A DNA stretch of 46,159 bases, taken from sequence record SRR20825019_214; one strand, written 5' to 3'. The position numbers and the translations under genes are program-made. Below, one piece after another: positions 27,238 to 37,974 of this stretch. How positions within the stretch are numbered: position 1 is the first letter of the stretch; each line of letters starts with the position of its first letter. The notes under the pieces were generated by a model. That model searched no databases and was not told the origin of the DNA. It saw nothing but the letters and a program-made list of their open reading frames with translations.

Positions 27238-28134
27238 TTAAAGAGTATCGTCTAATAAATCTGGTCTTTCAGGTTTACTAGCGCTTTTGAGGGGTTTATT
27301 TTCTTTTGTTAATTGCAAAGAATAATGCGCAAAATAGGAGAGTAAAGTGATAAAAATGGTCGTTAACAACAAACGAATTAAAAGTCCAAAAAAGATTGGA
27401 ATGGCGTTCTGAGTGAAAGGAATTCCAATAAATTGAATAATTAATCCGTCCGCCAAGTCCCAGAGCATTGCATCTGCTTCAAGTAGGACAAAATACAATA
27501 ACACGAAGGTCAAAAAACTCCTTCGATTTGTCCACACAATGCGCCAAGAAAAATCTCCGCGTAAGGTCATTCCAAAAAAGACAATGATTAATAACGGAAG
27601 AACTTTAAAAATGAAGAAAACTAAGGAGTCCAACCACTTGTGAGTAGAGTACATTCCATCTTCTCCTATTAGATTCAGCAGGTTTTCTACATTCGAATCA
27701 ATTACACCATCTAACCCTAAATCTTTGAAAAAGAAAAATGTGTACAATAACGTCAATCCAACAAGTGAAAATATGAAAAACCAAAATGTCTTTGCGTTAA
27801 TTGAACGGAACAAATCTCCCATTCGATAAGTTCGATTCTTTCCTTTTGGGTTAGTTTTAAAGTACTTGAGGATAAAAATCAAGTACATGGGACTTATTAA
27901 ACCTGCAATAATTATCCAAAACCACTTTTGAACATAGAGAATCTCAAATAAATCAATTGACCTATCTAAAGTAATGTACCCAACAATAGTTGAAATGCCA
28001 TAAATTAGAAACATCGAAACAATTCCAAAGATTATCGAAAAAGCGAAGTAAAACTTAAATCGCCCCTCCTTCCTTTTCGACATTTCTTTCAATGATTTAT
28101 TTAAAACATATCGTAAATCTCTTACCCACTGCAT
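27238..28134 (-). CDS. Hypothetical polytopic membrane protein
   Basis: About 6 hydrophobic segments. Sits 2 bp upstream of the OMT gene. Start could be the later ATG (MSKRK). Confidence 0.7.
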   Translation of the reverse strand: MQWVRDLRYVLNKSLKEMSKRKEGRFKFYFAFSIIFGIVSMFLIYGISTIVGYITLDRSIDLFEILYVQKWFWIIIAGLISPMYLIFILKYFKTNPKGKNRTYRMGDLFRSINAKTFWFFIFSLVGLTLLYTFFFFKDLGLDGVIDSNVENLLNLIGEDGMYSTHKWLDSLVFFIFKVLPLLIIVFFGMTLRGDFSWRIVWTNRRSFLTFVLLYFVLLEADAMLWDLADGLIIQFIGIPFTQNAIPIFFGLLIRLLLTTIFITLLSYFAHYSLQLTKENKPLKSASKPERPDLLDDTL

Positions 28135-28189
28135 CGTTCACTTTTTTGTAAAGATGCGAAATCTCGAATGAAAACGCGACATTTGCACC

Positions 28190-28669
28190 ATGCAAACAGT
28201 GAACAAAAGAGGTTATTACGCGATTGGAATTTTTCGAGGAAAAACAGAACATAATATCGGAACACTTTGGCGTTCAGCATATATACTTGGAGCAGCGTAC
28301 ATTTTCACGATTGATGGCAAGTACAAAAAACAGTCATCAGATGTAGTACGAGCATGGTCGAGAATTCCGCTTTTCAATTACAAAACGTTCGATGAATTCC
28401 TTCAAAACATTCCCTACGATTGCAGAATTGTAGGAATTGAAATCGATGATAAAGCCGAAATGTTGCACGATTTTGAGCATCCAAAACGCGCGATTTACTT
28501 GCTTGGAGCGGAAGACACTGGATTGCCTGAATTCGTGAAGGAAAAATGTCATTTTTTGGTGCAATTACCAGGTAACTCTTCGTTAAATGTGGGAGTAACA
28601 GGAGGAATTGTGGCGCATGATCGCGTGGCAAAAATGCCGACTACCCTTCCACCATTGCACACCGAGTGA
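28190..28669 (+). CDS. SpoU/TrmH-family RNA methyltransferase
   Basis: HNIGTLWRS, LLGAEDTGL, SLNVGV. Confidence 0.92.
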   Translation: MQTVNKRGYYAIGIFRGKTEHNIGTLWRSAYILGAAYIFTIDGKYKKQSSDVVRAWSRIPLFNYKTFDEFLQNIPYDCRIVGIEIDDKAEMLHDFEHPKRAIYLLGAEDTGLPEFVKEKCHFLVQLPGNSSLNVGVTGGIVAHDRVAKMPTTLPPLHTE

Positions 28670-28693
28670 GTTTAAAGTCTATGACTTAATAAA

Positions 28694-28719
28694 TGCAATA
28701 TTCTCATAATGAATGCGTT
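28694..28719 (+). promoter_or_regulatory. Putative ECF promoter TGCAAT-N16-CGTT
   Basis: Canonical ECF spacing, 50 bp upstream of the beta-barrel gene. Confidence 0.4.
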
Positions 28720-28769
28720 CTACAAACGAAACTTAGTTCAACACATTCACCACATTAAACGAATACTGT

Positions 28770-29381
28770 ATGAAAAATAGATTTCTTCTCGGACTTGCCT
28801 TGGGTGCTTCGCTTTTTGCCAGTGCACAGAACGAATCGGCATCAAAACAAACGCGTTTTGGTTTTAATTTTGGCGCAGACTATACCAACCTTGTTATTGA
28901 CGAGAACACGCAAAACCTCTCTGGAACCGAAGTAGCAAACAACCTCGGTTTTCGATTAGGGCTTCTAATGGACGTTCAACTTTCAAAACGCTTATCCTTT
29001 TCTCCTAAAACGGAATTGGTCTTTTCAAACGGAGTGATCAACTTCACTGATCAAGGCACAACTTATGATGTAAGACCTTTAGGTATAGACATTGCATTTC
29101 ATACCACTTTTAGAAAGGCGTCTGGAAATCTTCGTCCCTATCTGCTAGCTGGACCAGTAGTTAAACTTCCGCTTCCCGAACAAAATCCTTCTTCCAACAG
29201 CTTTTCAACAGGTTATGATATTTCCATAGATTTTGGAATTGGATTTGAACGCCCGTTTACATCGCTCGCAATAGCTCCTGAACTCCGGTATTCAATCGGA
29301 TTAATGAACATCAATCGCAACCCACAGATTCAATCAGTTTACGGTCATAATATTTCGTTAATTATAAACTTTAAAGGCTGA
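28770..29381 (+). CDS. Outer-membrane beta-barrel protein (PorT/OMP_b-brl_2-like)
   Basis: Signal peptide, RFGFNFG, LGFRLGLL, RPYLLAG, APELRYSIGL amphipathic strands. Confidence 0.82.
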   Translation: MKNRFLLGLALGASLFASAQNESASKQTRFGFNFGADYTNLVIDENTQNLSGTEVANNLGFRLGLLMDVQLSKRLSFSPKTELVFSNGVINFTDQGTTYDVRPLGIDIAFHTTFRKASGNLRPYLLAGPVVKLPLPEQNPSSNSFSTGYDISIDFGIGFERPFTSLAIAPELRYSIGLMNINRNPQIQSVYGHNISLIINFKG

Positions 29382-29466
29382 TAACAATCATTCTAAAATC
29401 GATTGAGAACGTACCCCGATAAAGTCGTTATTCATTTTTTAGTATCTTCACAGGCAAAGCAAATTC

Positions 29467-31707
29467 ATGATTTATCGATTCTTGCTCCTGTTGACGTTGA
29501 TTGTATTTACTACTTTTTCAGTAAATGCTCAGTCGAATCCATGCATTTCTCAAAACGCAATTCGTGTTGTTATTTTAGGCTCTTCAACTGCAGCTGGAAC
29601 TGGTCCTTCAGCACCAGATAGCGCTTGGGTAAATCGCTACCGCAACTACCTGGAGTCGATCAATCCAAACAACGAAGTAATTAATCTTGCTCAAGGCGGA
29701 TATACAACCTATCGTATTATGCGCACGGGATACACTCCCCCACCCAATCGGCCTGTACCCGATGTAAATCGCAATATTACAGAGGCTCTTTTACTAGATC
29801 CCGATGCAATAATTGTGAACATGCCTTCAAATGACGTTTCTTCTGGATATTCTTATCAAGAGCAAATGGATAATTTAGATTCTATTGTCGAACTTTCAAC
29901 TAATAGTTCAGTTCCGATTTGGATTTGTACGACCCAACCAAAAAACTTCAGTAATTCTGTTTTACGACAGCTCCAATCAGACTTAAAAGATTCTATTTTA
30001 GTCCGTTTCGCTCCAAGAACAATTGATTTCTGGACAACAATCGCACTTCCGGATAATTCCATTGATCCAACCTATGATTCAGGCGATGGAACTCACCTAA
30101 ACGATGCAGGACATGCTATTTTGGCGAACCGCGTTATTTCCGTCGATATCCCACTCGATTTATACGTTCCTACTTCCACAGTGGATTACGCTCTAACTGA
30201 TGCTACGCCAAGTGGCTTTGTGGGATGTGGAGATTCATCGACTCTTATCTCACTTGTTGTTGCTAATCTTGGAATCGATGAAACTTCCGCAAGTCAAGTC
30301 ATTGTTTCTGGAATCAATCTTGACTCCGGAACTTCATTTGGCGATACTTTAATCCAATTGGGAGGAATAGGATCTTGTTCAACGGACACATTGAGTTTCA
30401 CTGCGAACCTGTATTCCGAAGGAAATTATTCCATTCTAATTTATACTAACAATCCAAACGACACCCTGAACGTAAACGATTCACTATTAATCTCGTTGCA
30501 GAGCTTAGGACATCCAACATTGTTGGGAATAAACGACACTTTGTGCGAAGCTGGAACCGCGCAACTTTCCGTGATCACGGAACCACAGGACACCGTATTT
30601 TGGTATTTAAACGCACTCGACACTGTTGCTTTTGATTTTGGAACCTCGATTCTAACGAGCACGATCTCAACCACTACAACAATGTTCGCAGAAGCCGTTC
30701 GTGGAGATTTATTTTATCGCGACTCTCTGTCCACAACGCTTAACTCCAACGTCAATTGGAACGGAGCCATGTTTGATATTGTGGCACAGGAAGATTTGAT
30801 AATCGATAGTTTTTACGCCAAAATAAACACACTTGGGACTCAAGAGGTTCGCATTTATACTAAACCTAGCACACACATTGGCTACGAGACATCCGCTGCA
30901 TCATGGAATTTATTGGGCAGTACTTTCGTTGAAGTGACGAGCAACCAAGAGTACACCTCAATTCCTCTGGGCGATTTCACTATGCTCAGTCAAGATACAT
31001 TGGGCGTATATGTGCAAATGGCTAATTCATCTTCAACGCTCACTTACAGAAGCGTATCTGCGCCCATTTCTCGATCTACAAACGAACTAGAAATAATTAC
31101 AGGCAGCGGAGTGAGTTCTAATTTTTCTGCCAGTTATTTCCCAAGAGATATAAACGGAGGCGTTCATTATCACTTTGGAAGCAGACCACTAGGCGAATGT
31201 TCAACGGGCAAAATTCCAGTAACCGTATTTGTAAGTGAAACGAGCTTCAACTTAGGGAATGATACCATTATTGATATCGAGGATAGCATTACGTTCTACG
31301 GACCTTTGGGACAATCAGATTATCAGTGGTTTGATGGAAGCACGTTGGATTCTCTTCAAATTTCTGCGAATCAACTTGGAAATGGAATTCATTATATTTC
31401 TTTGAGTGTTATTGATAGCCTTGGATGTGAAAAAGCGGATTCTTTGATTCTTGCCATAGCAGACTTAGTTGGTTTAACCGAACAATCAAATTACTTTTTC
31501 TTTTATCCAAATCCAACAACAGACATGATCTATTTCGCTCAACCTATTTCTGGAGTGCGCATCATAAACCTGCTGGGAGAAGTGGTTCAATCTATACAAA
31601 AACCTATTTCGGAGCTTTCACTCTCTGAATTTCCATCTGGAGTTTACTTGTTGGAGCTGAAAATCAACGGACATTTACATCTAAAAAGATGTATTAAACA
31701 GAATTAG
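29467..31707 (+). CDS. SGNH/GDSL hydrolase with Ig/CARDB-like domains and T9SS sorting domain
   Basis: LGSSTAAG, NLAQGG, PSND and DGTH blocks. C-terminal FYPNPT...GVYLL..K. Confidence 0.88.
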   Translation: MIYRFLLLLTLIVFTTFSVNAQSNPCISQNAIRVVILGSSTAAGTGPSAPDSAWVNRYRNYLESINPNNEVINLAQGGYTTYRIMRTGYTPPPNRPVPDVNRNITEALLLDPDAIIVNMPSNDVSSGYSYQEQMDNLDSIVELSTNSSVPIWICTTQPKNFSNSVLRQLQSDLKDSILVRFAPRTIDFWTTIALPDNSIDPTYDSGDGTHLNDAGHAILANRVISVDIPLDLYVPTSTVDYALTDATPSGFVGCGDSSTLISLVVANLGIDETSASQVIVSGINLDSGTSFGDTLIQLGGIGSCSTDTLSFTANLYSEGNYSILIYTNNPNDTLNVNDSLLISLQSLGHPTLLGINDTLCEAGTAQLSVITEPQDTVFWYLNALDTVAFDFGTSILTSTISTTTTMFAEAVRGDLFYRDSLSTTLNSNVNWNGAMFDIVAQEDLIIDSFYAKINTLGTQEVRIYTKPSTHIGYETSAASWNLLGSTFVEVTSNQEYTSIPLGDFTMLSQDTLGVYVQMANSSSTLTYRSVSAPISRSTNELEIITGSGVSSNFSASYFPRDINGGVHYHFGSRPLGECSTGKIPVTVFVSETSFNLGNDTIIDIEDSITFYGPLGQSDYQWFDGSTLDSLQISANQLGNGIHYISLSVIDSLGCEKADSLILAIADLVGLTEQSNYFFFYPNPTTDMIYFAQPISGVRIINLLGEVVQSIQKPISELSLSEFPSGVYLLELKINGHLHLKRCIKQN

Positions 31708-31870
31708 TCGATCACAGTAATGCGGAAAAATTAATTCCAATTCTTAAAGTTCACACACTCTAAAATTCTAACTTTACCACCATTAATTATGATTTTTGAT
31801 TCAATTTGACTCCTTTTTTCAACTTAGGAATGATTTTTGAAATAATCGACAACTGTTAGAATTAGGCTCA

Positions 31871-33097
31871 ATGAACAAACTATTTATTCTACTTATTTCA
31901 TTCTTGCCCTTGTTGGCAATTTCTCAATCTGATGTTTATCCTAAAGGATATGCGCATCGAATTGTTGTTATTGGTTCTTCAACAGCTGCAGGACATGGTC
32001 CGTCGAGTCCAGATAGTACATGGGTGAATCGATACAGAACTTACTTGAAATCCTTCAATCCCGATAACGAAGTAATTAATCTTGCCAGAGGAGGTTATAC
32101 TTCTTATCAATTAATGCCAACGGATTATTCTCCTCCCGTGAATCGCGCTCTCCCAGATCCAACTCGAAACATAACACAGGCACTTTCACTTCACCCAACT
32201 GCGATAATTGTAAACATGCCTTCGAATGACGTTTCTTCTGATGTGACAAATGATGCGCAACTAAGCAATTTTGCAACGTTCGAACGACTTGCGAAAGAAG
32301 CAGGTGTTTCCATTTGGATCACAACCACGCAGCCTGTTAACTTTAAGGAAGACTACAAACGCAAGCGCCAATTGGAAATGCAAGGACTGATGCTTCAGCG
32401 TTTTCAACATCCTATTGATTTTTGGACTGGATTTGACTCGACGAATCAAATGATGAAGCAAATGTATAATTCAGGTGATGGTACGCACATGAATAGCTTA
32501 GCGCACAGAATTCTATTTAATCGAATTGTCAGTCAAAAAATCACGTCAGATTCATCTAATCCATTTCTTAGTTACAAACTCATTAAGTTTAAAGACACGT
32601 GCCTACTTAAATTGCCCTTCGTGAATCCAATTGCTGTGGATAAACCATACGCACTTCCAATGTTTCATGACATTGAAGAATATAAGGCGTTAAAGTTTTC
32701 TGGTTGGATAAACGACGTGCGAATGTTTGCTACCCGAACTTGGGAGGAAGAAAATTTTGGAGATCGAATTCGATACGTTGAGAAAATAGATGTACGTTTT
32801 AAACCAGATAATTTGATTTCAAAAACACTTTTGCATGGTAATCATAGTTTGCGTGGACAGTACATTGGATTAAAAGGCGAGGTTCTCAAAGAATGGACGA
32901 TTTCTTCAACGAATATCAACTACGAGACTTCTGCGCTTAGTCACACGTATATGCTTGCTCCAAAATCCGTTGAATACCAACTAAAGATTAACGCTGGGCA
33001 AACCGAGAATATTAACTTCCTGAATCAACTGTGCTTTTTCTATTTAGAAAATAGTCAGGATGGAACACGATTCAAGGTTATTCCGCCAAGTAACTAA
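31871..33097 (+). CDS. SGNH/GDSL hydrolase paralog with an unrelated C-terminal domain
   Basis: IGSSTAAG, NLARGG, PSND, DGTH. Signal peptide present, no YPNP sorting domain. Confidence 0.85.
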   Translation: MNKLFILLISFLPLLAISQSDVYPKGYAHRIVVIGSSTAAGHGPSSPDSTWVNRYRTYLKSFNPDNEVINLARGGYTSYQLMPTDYSPPVNRALPDPTRNITQALSLHPTAIIVNMPSNDVSSDVTNDAQLSNFATFERLAKEAGVSIWITTTQPVNFKEDYKRKRQLEMQGLMLQRFQHPIDFWTGFDSTNQMMKQMYNSGDGTHMNSLAHRILFNRIVSQKITSDSSNPFLSYKLIKFKDTCLLKLPFVNPIAVDKPYALPMFHDIEEYKALKFSGWINDVRMFATRTWEEENFGDRIRYVEKIDVRFKPDNLISKTLLHGNHSLRGQYIGLKGEVLKEWTISSTNINYETSALSHTYMLAPKSVEYQLKINAGQTENINFLNQLCFFYLENSQDGTRFKVIPPSN

Positions 33098-33108
33098 AAG
33101 AGCTATCG

Positions 33109-33585
33109 ATGAAAAAAATATTGCTTCTTGTAGTGATGTTGTTCAGTATTCAATTCAGTAATGCTCAGGACGATAATCAGTTTGTATCTAAGAGTTTTCT
33201 AATTGTGCTTTCATCGAAAAACTACAATCAAGCACTTAAAAAAGCGCAATTGGCATCCAACAAATTAGGATATCCGCTCGATTTGAGAAACATGTATGCC
33301 GATAAAGAAAATGGACTCACAACCAGTGAGGTTTGTGGATGCGGTGAGCAACATGGATACTTGGCACGTGGAAGAGGTGATGATGGAAATTACATTAGCA
33401 TCGAATACTCCGATTACTATGACGGATTTTCCGATTACTATGACGGATTTTCCGAAGGTTATTACATGGTGATTGTCTCAAGTGGAGAGCGAAACCAAGT
33501 AAGCGCAATTCTCCCGAAAGTAAAAAAACACTATAAAGACGCGTACGTAAAAAATGCTCCTGTTTATACGGGATGTATGCATTAA
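33109..33585 (+). CDS. Secreted hypothetical protein (SPOR-like, ends YTGCMH)
   Basis: Signal peptide, CGC, VKKHYKDAYVK. Confidence 0.7.
   Translation: MKKILLLVVMLFSIQFSNAQDDNQFVSKSFLIVLSSKNYNQALKKAQLASNKLGYPLDLRNMYADKENGLTTSEVCGCGEQHGYLARGRGDDGNYISIEYSDYYDGFSDYYDGFSEGYYMVIVSSGERNQVSAILPKVKKHYKDAYVKNAPVYTGCMH
33409..33455 (+). repeat. Perfect in-frame 21-bp tandem duplication
   Basis: TCCGATTACTATGACGGATTT x2 plus TCCGA, encoding SDYYDGF twice. Confidence 0.95.
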
Positions 33586-33646
33586 GTCGCCTAGAAGAGA
33601 ATTTTCATATAAGTTGATCTGTTCACCTAGACTAAAAAGAAAACCT

Positions 33647-33654
33647 TAGCTTTG
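33647..33654 (+). promoter_or_regulatory. -7 promoter box TAGCTTTG
   Basis: Matches TAnnTTTG, 26 bp before the SulP ATG. Confidence 0.55.
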
Positions 33655-33680
33655 CACCCTTCAAACGAGAACGCATTGCA

Positions 33681-35498
33681 ATGAAAAAATTCTTTAATCT
33701 CTTCGACCTTTCGCAAAAAGTAAACTATAAAAATGAAATTCTCTCGGGGATTACGGTCGCTTTGGCACTCGTTCCCGAAGCCATTGCGTTTGCGTTAATC
33801 GCTGGACTTTCCCCTTTAACAGGACTTTACGCTGCATTTTCAATTGGACTGATTACCTCTATTTTAGGAGGAAGACCAGGAATGATTTCCGGGGCCACAG
33901 GTGCAATTGCCGTTGTGTACGTTGGAATGATCACCCTTATTCGAAAGGTAAACCCAGAAATTACGGTTGAAGAAATTACCCAATATATCTTCGCGACAGT
34001 TATTCTAGCGGGAATTATTCAAATTCTAGCAGGACTTCTAAAGCTTGGTAAATTCATTCGATTAGTTCCGCATCCAGTGATGTTTGGTTTCGTAAACGGG
34101 TTGGCTATTGTCATTTTTCTAGCCCAAATGGATTCTTTCAAAGAGCCTGTAATGGACGAGTTCGGAAGTCCAAAAATTGAAACAGTTTCATCGGATAAAG
34201 TATTTACGATTGATGATTCATTTGCGTATACAACTAGTGGTGAGATAAAAAGCTTCCGAATCGAAGAGAATCAACTCATCAATCTAGAAAACGAACGTTT
34301 AGAATATTATCTCGTAGACGGTCAAGTATTTACCGCAGAAACCAAAGCCGTAGCATACAATTATGACGATAGCGGCATCTACAAAATTGAGAAAAAAGGA
34401 ACAGTAATGAGCTTTCTTCCAACCGATAAGCTTTTGCTTATGATCGGACTCGTTTTGCTCACAATGCTCATCATTTGGGGACTTCCAAAACTTACGAAGT
34501 TCATTCCAAGTTCGCTCGCAGCTATTATTGTTGTATCAATTCTCGCAATAACGCTAGGAATTGACACCAAAGTGGTTGGTGATATGGGATCAATCAAAGG
34601 AGGTTTTCCGCCATTTAACATTCCATCCATTCCTTACAATTGGGAAACTCTTGTACTGATTTTCCCTTATGCGCTTGTTGTTGCTGGAGTTGGACTCATT
34701 GAAAGTCTTTTAACCCTAAACCTCATCGATGAAATCACCCAAACTAGAGGGCGTGGAAACAAAGAGTGTGTTGCACAGGGAACAGCAAATATTGTAACAG
34801 GTTTCTTCTCAGGAATGGGAGGATGCGCCATGATTGGTCAGAGTTTGATTAATATTTCCTCTGGTGCTCGCGCTCGACTTTCTGGGATCGTAGCATCGAT
34901 TGGATTACTCGTTTTTATCATGTATGGTTCCCCGGTTATTGAAAAATTACCTATGGCTGCGCTTACTGGAGTAATGTTTATGGTAGCAATCGGAACATTT
35001 GAATGGGCCTCATTGAAAGTATTCGGAAAAATGCCGCTCACGGATGTGATTGTAATGGTGATCGTTACTCTGACAACGGTTTTTTTACACAACCTCGCGC
35101 TTGCCGTACTTATTGGAGTGATTATTTCTGCGCTTAAGTTCGCGTGGGAAAATGCAAAACGAATTCGTGCAAGAAAATTCATCGACGAAAACGGCTCAAA
35201 GCATTATGAAATTTTTGGTCCACTTTTCTTTGGATCAATTGCTGTGTTTAACTCAAAATTCGACGTTCAGGATGATCCAGAAGATGTGATCATCGATTTC
35301 TCTGAAAGCAAAATTGTCGATATGTCCGCAATTGAAGCGTTGAATCAGTTGACTGAGCGCTATCTAAAAGCAGGTAAAAAAGTGCATCTTCGTCACTTAA
35401 GTCCAGACTGTCAAACCTTATTGAAAAACGCAGATAAACTCATCGAAGTGAACGTATTGGAAGACCCTACATACCGCGTTGCAGTAGATTCACTTTAA
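33681..35498 (+). CDS. SulP/SLC26-family anion transporter with STAS domain and a loop insertion
   Basis: [51 protein letters not shown]. Confidence 0.94.
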   Translation: MKKFFNLFDLSQKVNYKNEILSGITVALALVPEAIAFALIAGLSPLTGLYAAFSIGLITSILGGRPGMISGATGAIAVVYVGMITLIRKVNPEITVEEITQYIFATVILAGIIQILAGLLKLGKFIRLVPHPVMFGFVNGLAIVIFLAQMDSFKEPVMDEFGSPKIETVSSDKVFTIDDSFAYTTSGEIKSFRIEENQLINLENERLEYYLVDGQVFTAETKAVAYNYDDSGIYKIEKKGTVMSFLPTDKLLLMIGLVLLTMLIIWGLPKLTKFIPSSLAAIIVVSILAITLGIDTKVVGDMGSIKGGFPPFNIPSIPYNWETLVLIFPYALVVAGVGLIESLLTLNLIDEITQTRGRGNKECVAQGTANIVTGFFSGMGGCAMIGQSLINISSGARARLSGIVASIGLLVFIMYGSPVIEKLPMAALTGVMFMVAIGTFEWASLKVFGKMPLTDVIVMVIVTLTTVFLHNLALAVLIGVIISALKFAWENAKRIRARKFIDENGSKHYEIFGPLFFGSIAVFNSKFDVQDDPEDVIIDFSESKIVDMSAIEALNQLTERYLKAGKKVHLRHLSPDCQTLLKNADKLIEVNVLEDPTYRVAVDSL

Positions 35499-35582
35499 CC
35501 GATTTTCCATAGATTGATGAATTCGACCTTTGGTCATTCTTAACACAGCTTCGTTCTTTTTCATCATTAAGTTTGTATGCGC

Positions 35583-35609
35583 TGTAACTTTTGTGAGTTT
35601 AAATGGTCT
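35583..35609 (+). promoter_or_regulatory. Putative ECF promoter TGTAAC-N16-GGTCT
   Basis: AAC -35 core with a 16-nt spacer, upstream of the TonB-dependent receptor. Confidence 0.45.
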
Positions 35610-35657
35610 CACTCACAGCGTACAACCAAAATTTAACACTTAAACAATTTCATTCGA

Positions 35658-37973
35658 ATGAAATACTTATTTTCTCTCTCCTTTATTTTAGGGGCTTTCG
35701 CAACCTTCGGACAACAGTTTACCATAAGCGGAACCATTAAAGACGCCCGAAACGGAGAAGATCTTTTTGGAGCAATCATCAAAGTGAAAGAGCTTTCAAA
35801 TGTTGGAGCAAAAACGAATGCTTACGGATTCTATTCACTCACTTTGGATGCAGGAACATATACGTTAGTTTATCGATCCACTGGATTAGATGATACGGAA
35901 AAAGTGATTGATCTTAAAGAAAATATCACCCTAAACATAGAACTTACCGTTCCTGAAGATGTTCAGTTAATCGAGGAAGTGCAAGTAAAGGCGGTAAAAG
36001 AAAACGAGAATATCACATCATCAGAAATGAATGTGACAAAATTCGACCCTAAGGATATAGAAACGATCCCAGTAATTTTTGGAGAAAAAGACATCATGAA
36101 AACGCTTCAACTTACTCCTGGTGTAAAAACTGCAGGTGAAGGAAATTCAGGATTCTATGTTCGCGGTGGTGGTGCTGACCAAAATCTTGTATTGTTAGAT
36201 GAAGCAACTGTCTACAATGCCTCTCACCTACTTGGTTTCTTTTCTGTCTTTAATTCTGACGCGGTTAAAGATGTTTCATTATACAAATCTGGGGTTCCTT
36301 CGGAATTTGGTGGTAGAGCATCATCCGTAATGGATGTGAAAATGAAAGATGGGAACTTGAAAAAGTTTGGTGTTTCGGGAGGAATTGGATTGATCTCTTC
36401 GCGATTGGCAATTGAAGGTCCAATTGTAAAAGACAAAGGTTCTTTCATTATCTCTGGACGAAGAAGTTATTTAGATCTTTTCTTGAAACTTTCGAAAGAC
36501 AAAGACATCCAAAAAACAAAATTGTACTTCTACGATTTAAACATGAAGGCGAACTATAAGCTTTCAAATAAGGATAGAATTTTTGTTTCTGGGTACTTCG
36601 GTCGCGACGATTTTGGATTCAGTGATCAATTCGGTTTTGACTGGGGAAATGCAACGGGAACTGTTCGTTACAACCGCATTATTTCTGACAAACTTTTCTC
36701 AAATACATCTGTTGTATTCAGTAATTTCAACTACCGATTTACAGTTGGTGCTGGAGATGATGCCTTCGGAGTCAATTCTTCTATTCAAGATTGGAGTCTA
36801 AAACAAGACTTCTCACTGTATGCGAATAAAAATAACACCATCAAATTTGGTTTAGTTGGAATGCATCATACGTTCAAACCTGGAGCTTTAACGGGTGGAA
36901 ATAGTTCTTTTAACGAAATTGTTCTAGACAGTCGATATGCCGTTGAAGTTGGCGCATACATTCAAAATGATCAGAAAATTGGAAATCGCTTTAACTTAAT
37001 GTACGGATTACGTTACTCAGGCTTTGATTTAGTTGGCGGAAAATTCTATTCTTATGATCAAGATGGAGCTCAATTGGCTGCCGATTCCGCAAGTCGTTGG
37101 GAGTCGATCAAGTACCATCAAGGATTAGAACCTCGTCTTTCTATGAGTTATATCCTCAGCGAGAAAAATTCGATCAAATTGGGATACAACAGAATGTTCC
37201 AATACATGCATCAATTGTCAAATACAACGACAAGCAGTCCAACAGATGTTTGGGTACCAAGTTCAAACAATATTCTTCCTCAAATTGCCGATCAAGTGGC
37301 TCTTGGGTATTACCAGAACATCAAGAATAACACCTATCGCATTTCTACGGAGATTTACTACAAAGCGCTTCAAAACCAGATTGATTACCGAAACGGTGCG
37401 AATCTCGTACTGAATAATGAGGTAGAAGCAGAATTGGTTTATGGTCGTGGAACAGCTTACGGAATTGAGTTAATGCTTGAGAAGAAGAAAGGAAAACTTA
37501 CTGGATGGATCGGTTATACACTTTCGCGTTCATTGCGTCAGTTTGATCAAATCAACGAAGGAAAAGAATTTTCGGCGCGACAAGATCGAATTCATGATCT
37601 TTCTGTAGTTCTTATGTACAAATTGACTCCAAATTTAGCCTTGGCATCTACATTCGTTTATTATACCGGAGATGCAGTTACATTCCCAGCAGGAAAATAC
37701 ACCATCAACGGACAAACGATTCCTTACTTCACTGAAAGAAACGGATATCGATTCCCAGATTACCACAGAATGGATCTTGGATTAACGTATTACATGAAAG
37801 ACAAAAAGCGATTTGAGCACAGTTTAAACTTCTCAATTTACAACGTTTATGCGCGTGAAAATGCATTCACTATTAGCTTTGAAGAAAACGAAGAAACAGG
37901 AGAAACAGAAGCGATTAGAACAGCATTGTTTAAAATCGTCCCTTCAATTACATACAATTTTAAACTAAAATAA
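35658..37973 (+). CDS. TonB-dependent receptor with N-terminal carboxypeptidase-regulatory-like domain
   Basis: TNAYGFYSL, GEKDIMKTLQLTPGV, VRGGGADQN, HLLGFFSVFN, YHRMDL, PSITYNFK. Confidence 0.93.
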   Translation: MKYLFSLSFILGAFATFGQQFTISGTIKDARNGEDLFGAIIKVKELSNVGAKTNAYGFYSLTLDAGTYTLVYRSTGLDDTEKVIDLKENITLNIELTVPEDVQLIEEVQVKAVKENENITSSEMNVTKFDPKDIETIPVIFGEKDIMKTLQLTPGVKTAGEGNSGFYVRGGGADQNLVLLDEATVYNASHLLGFFSVFNSDAVKDVSLYKSGVPSEFGGRASSVMDVKMKDGNLKKFGVSGGIGLISSRLAIEGPIVKDKGSFIISGRRSYLDLFLKLSKDKDIQKTKLYFYDLNMKANYKLSNKDRIFVSGYFGRDDFGFSDQFGFDWGNATGTVRYNRIISDKLFSNTSVVFSNFNYRFTVGAGDDAFGVNSSIQDWSLKQDFSLYANKNNTIKFGLVGMHHTFKPGALTGGNSSFNEIVLDSRYAVEVGAYIQNDQKIGNRFNLMYGLRYSGFDLVGGKFYSYDQDGAQLAADSASRWESIKYHQGLEPRLSMSYILSEKNSIKLGYNRMFQYMHQLSNTTTSSPTDVWVPSSNNILPQIADQVALGYYQNIKNNTYRISTEIYYKALQNQIDYRNGANLVLNNEVEAELVYGRGTAYGIELMLEKKKGKLTGWIGYTLSRSLRQFDQINEGKEFSARQDRIHDLSVVLMYKLTPNLALASTFVYYTGDAVTFPAGKYTINGQTIPYFTERNGYRFPDYHRMDLGLTYYMKDKKRFEHSLNFSIYNVYARENAFTISFEENEETGETEAIRTALFKIVPSITYNFKLK

Positions 37974-37974
37974 G

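Noticed and set aside
33409-33464. Link between this duplication (FSEGYY) and the array at 1931 (QFSEGYD)
   Set aside because: Similarity is limited to a few codons; most likely coincidence.
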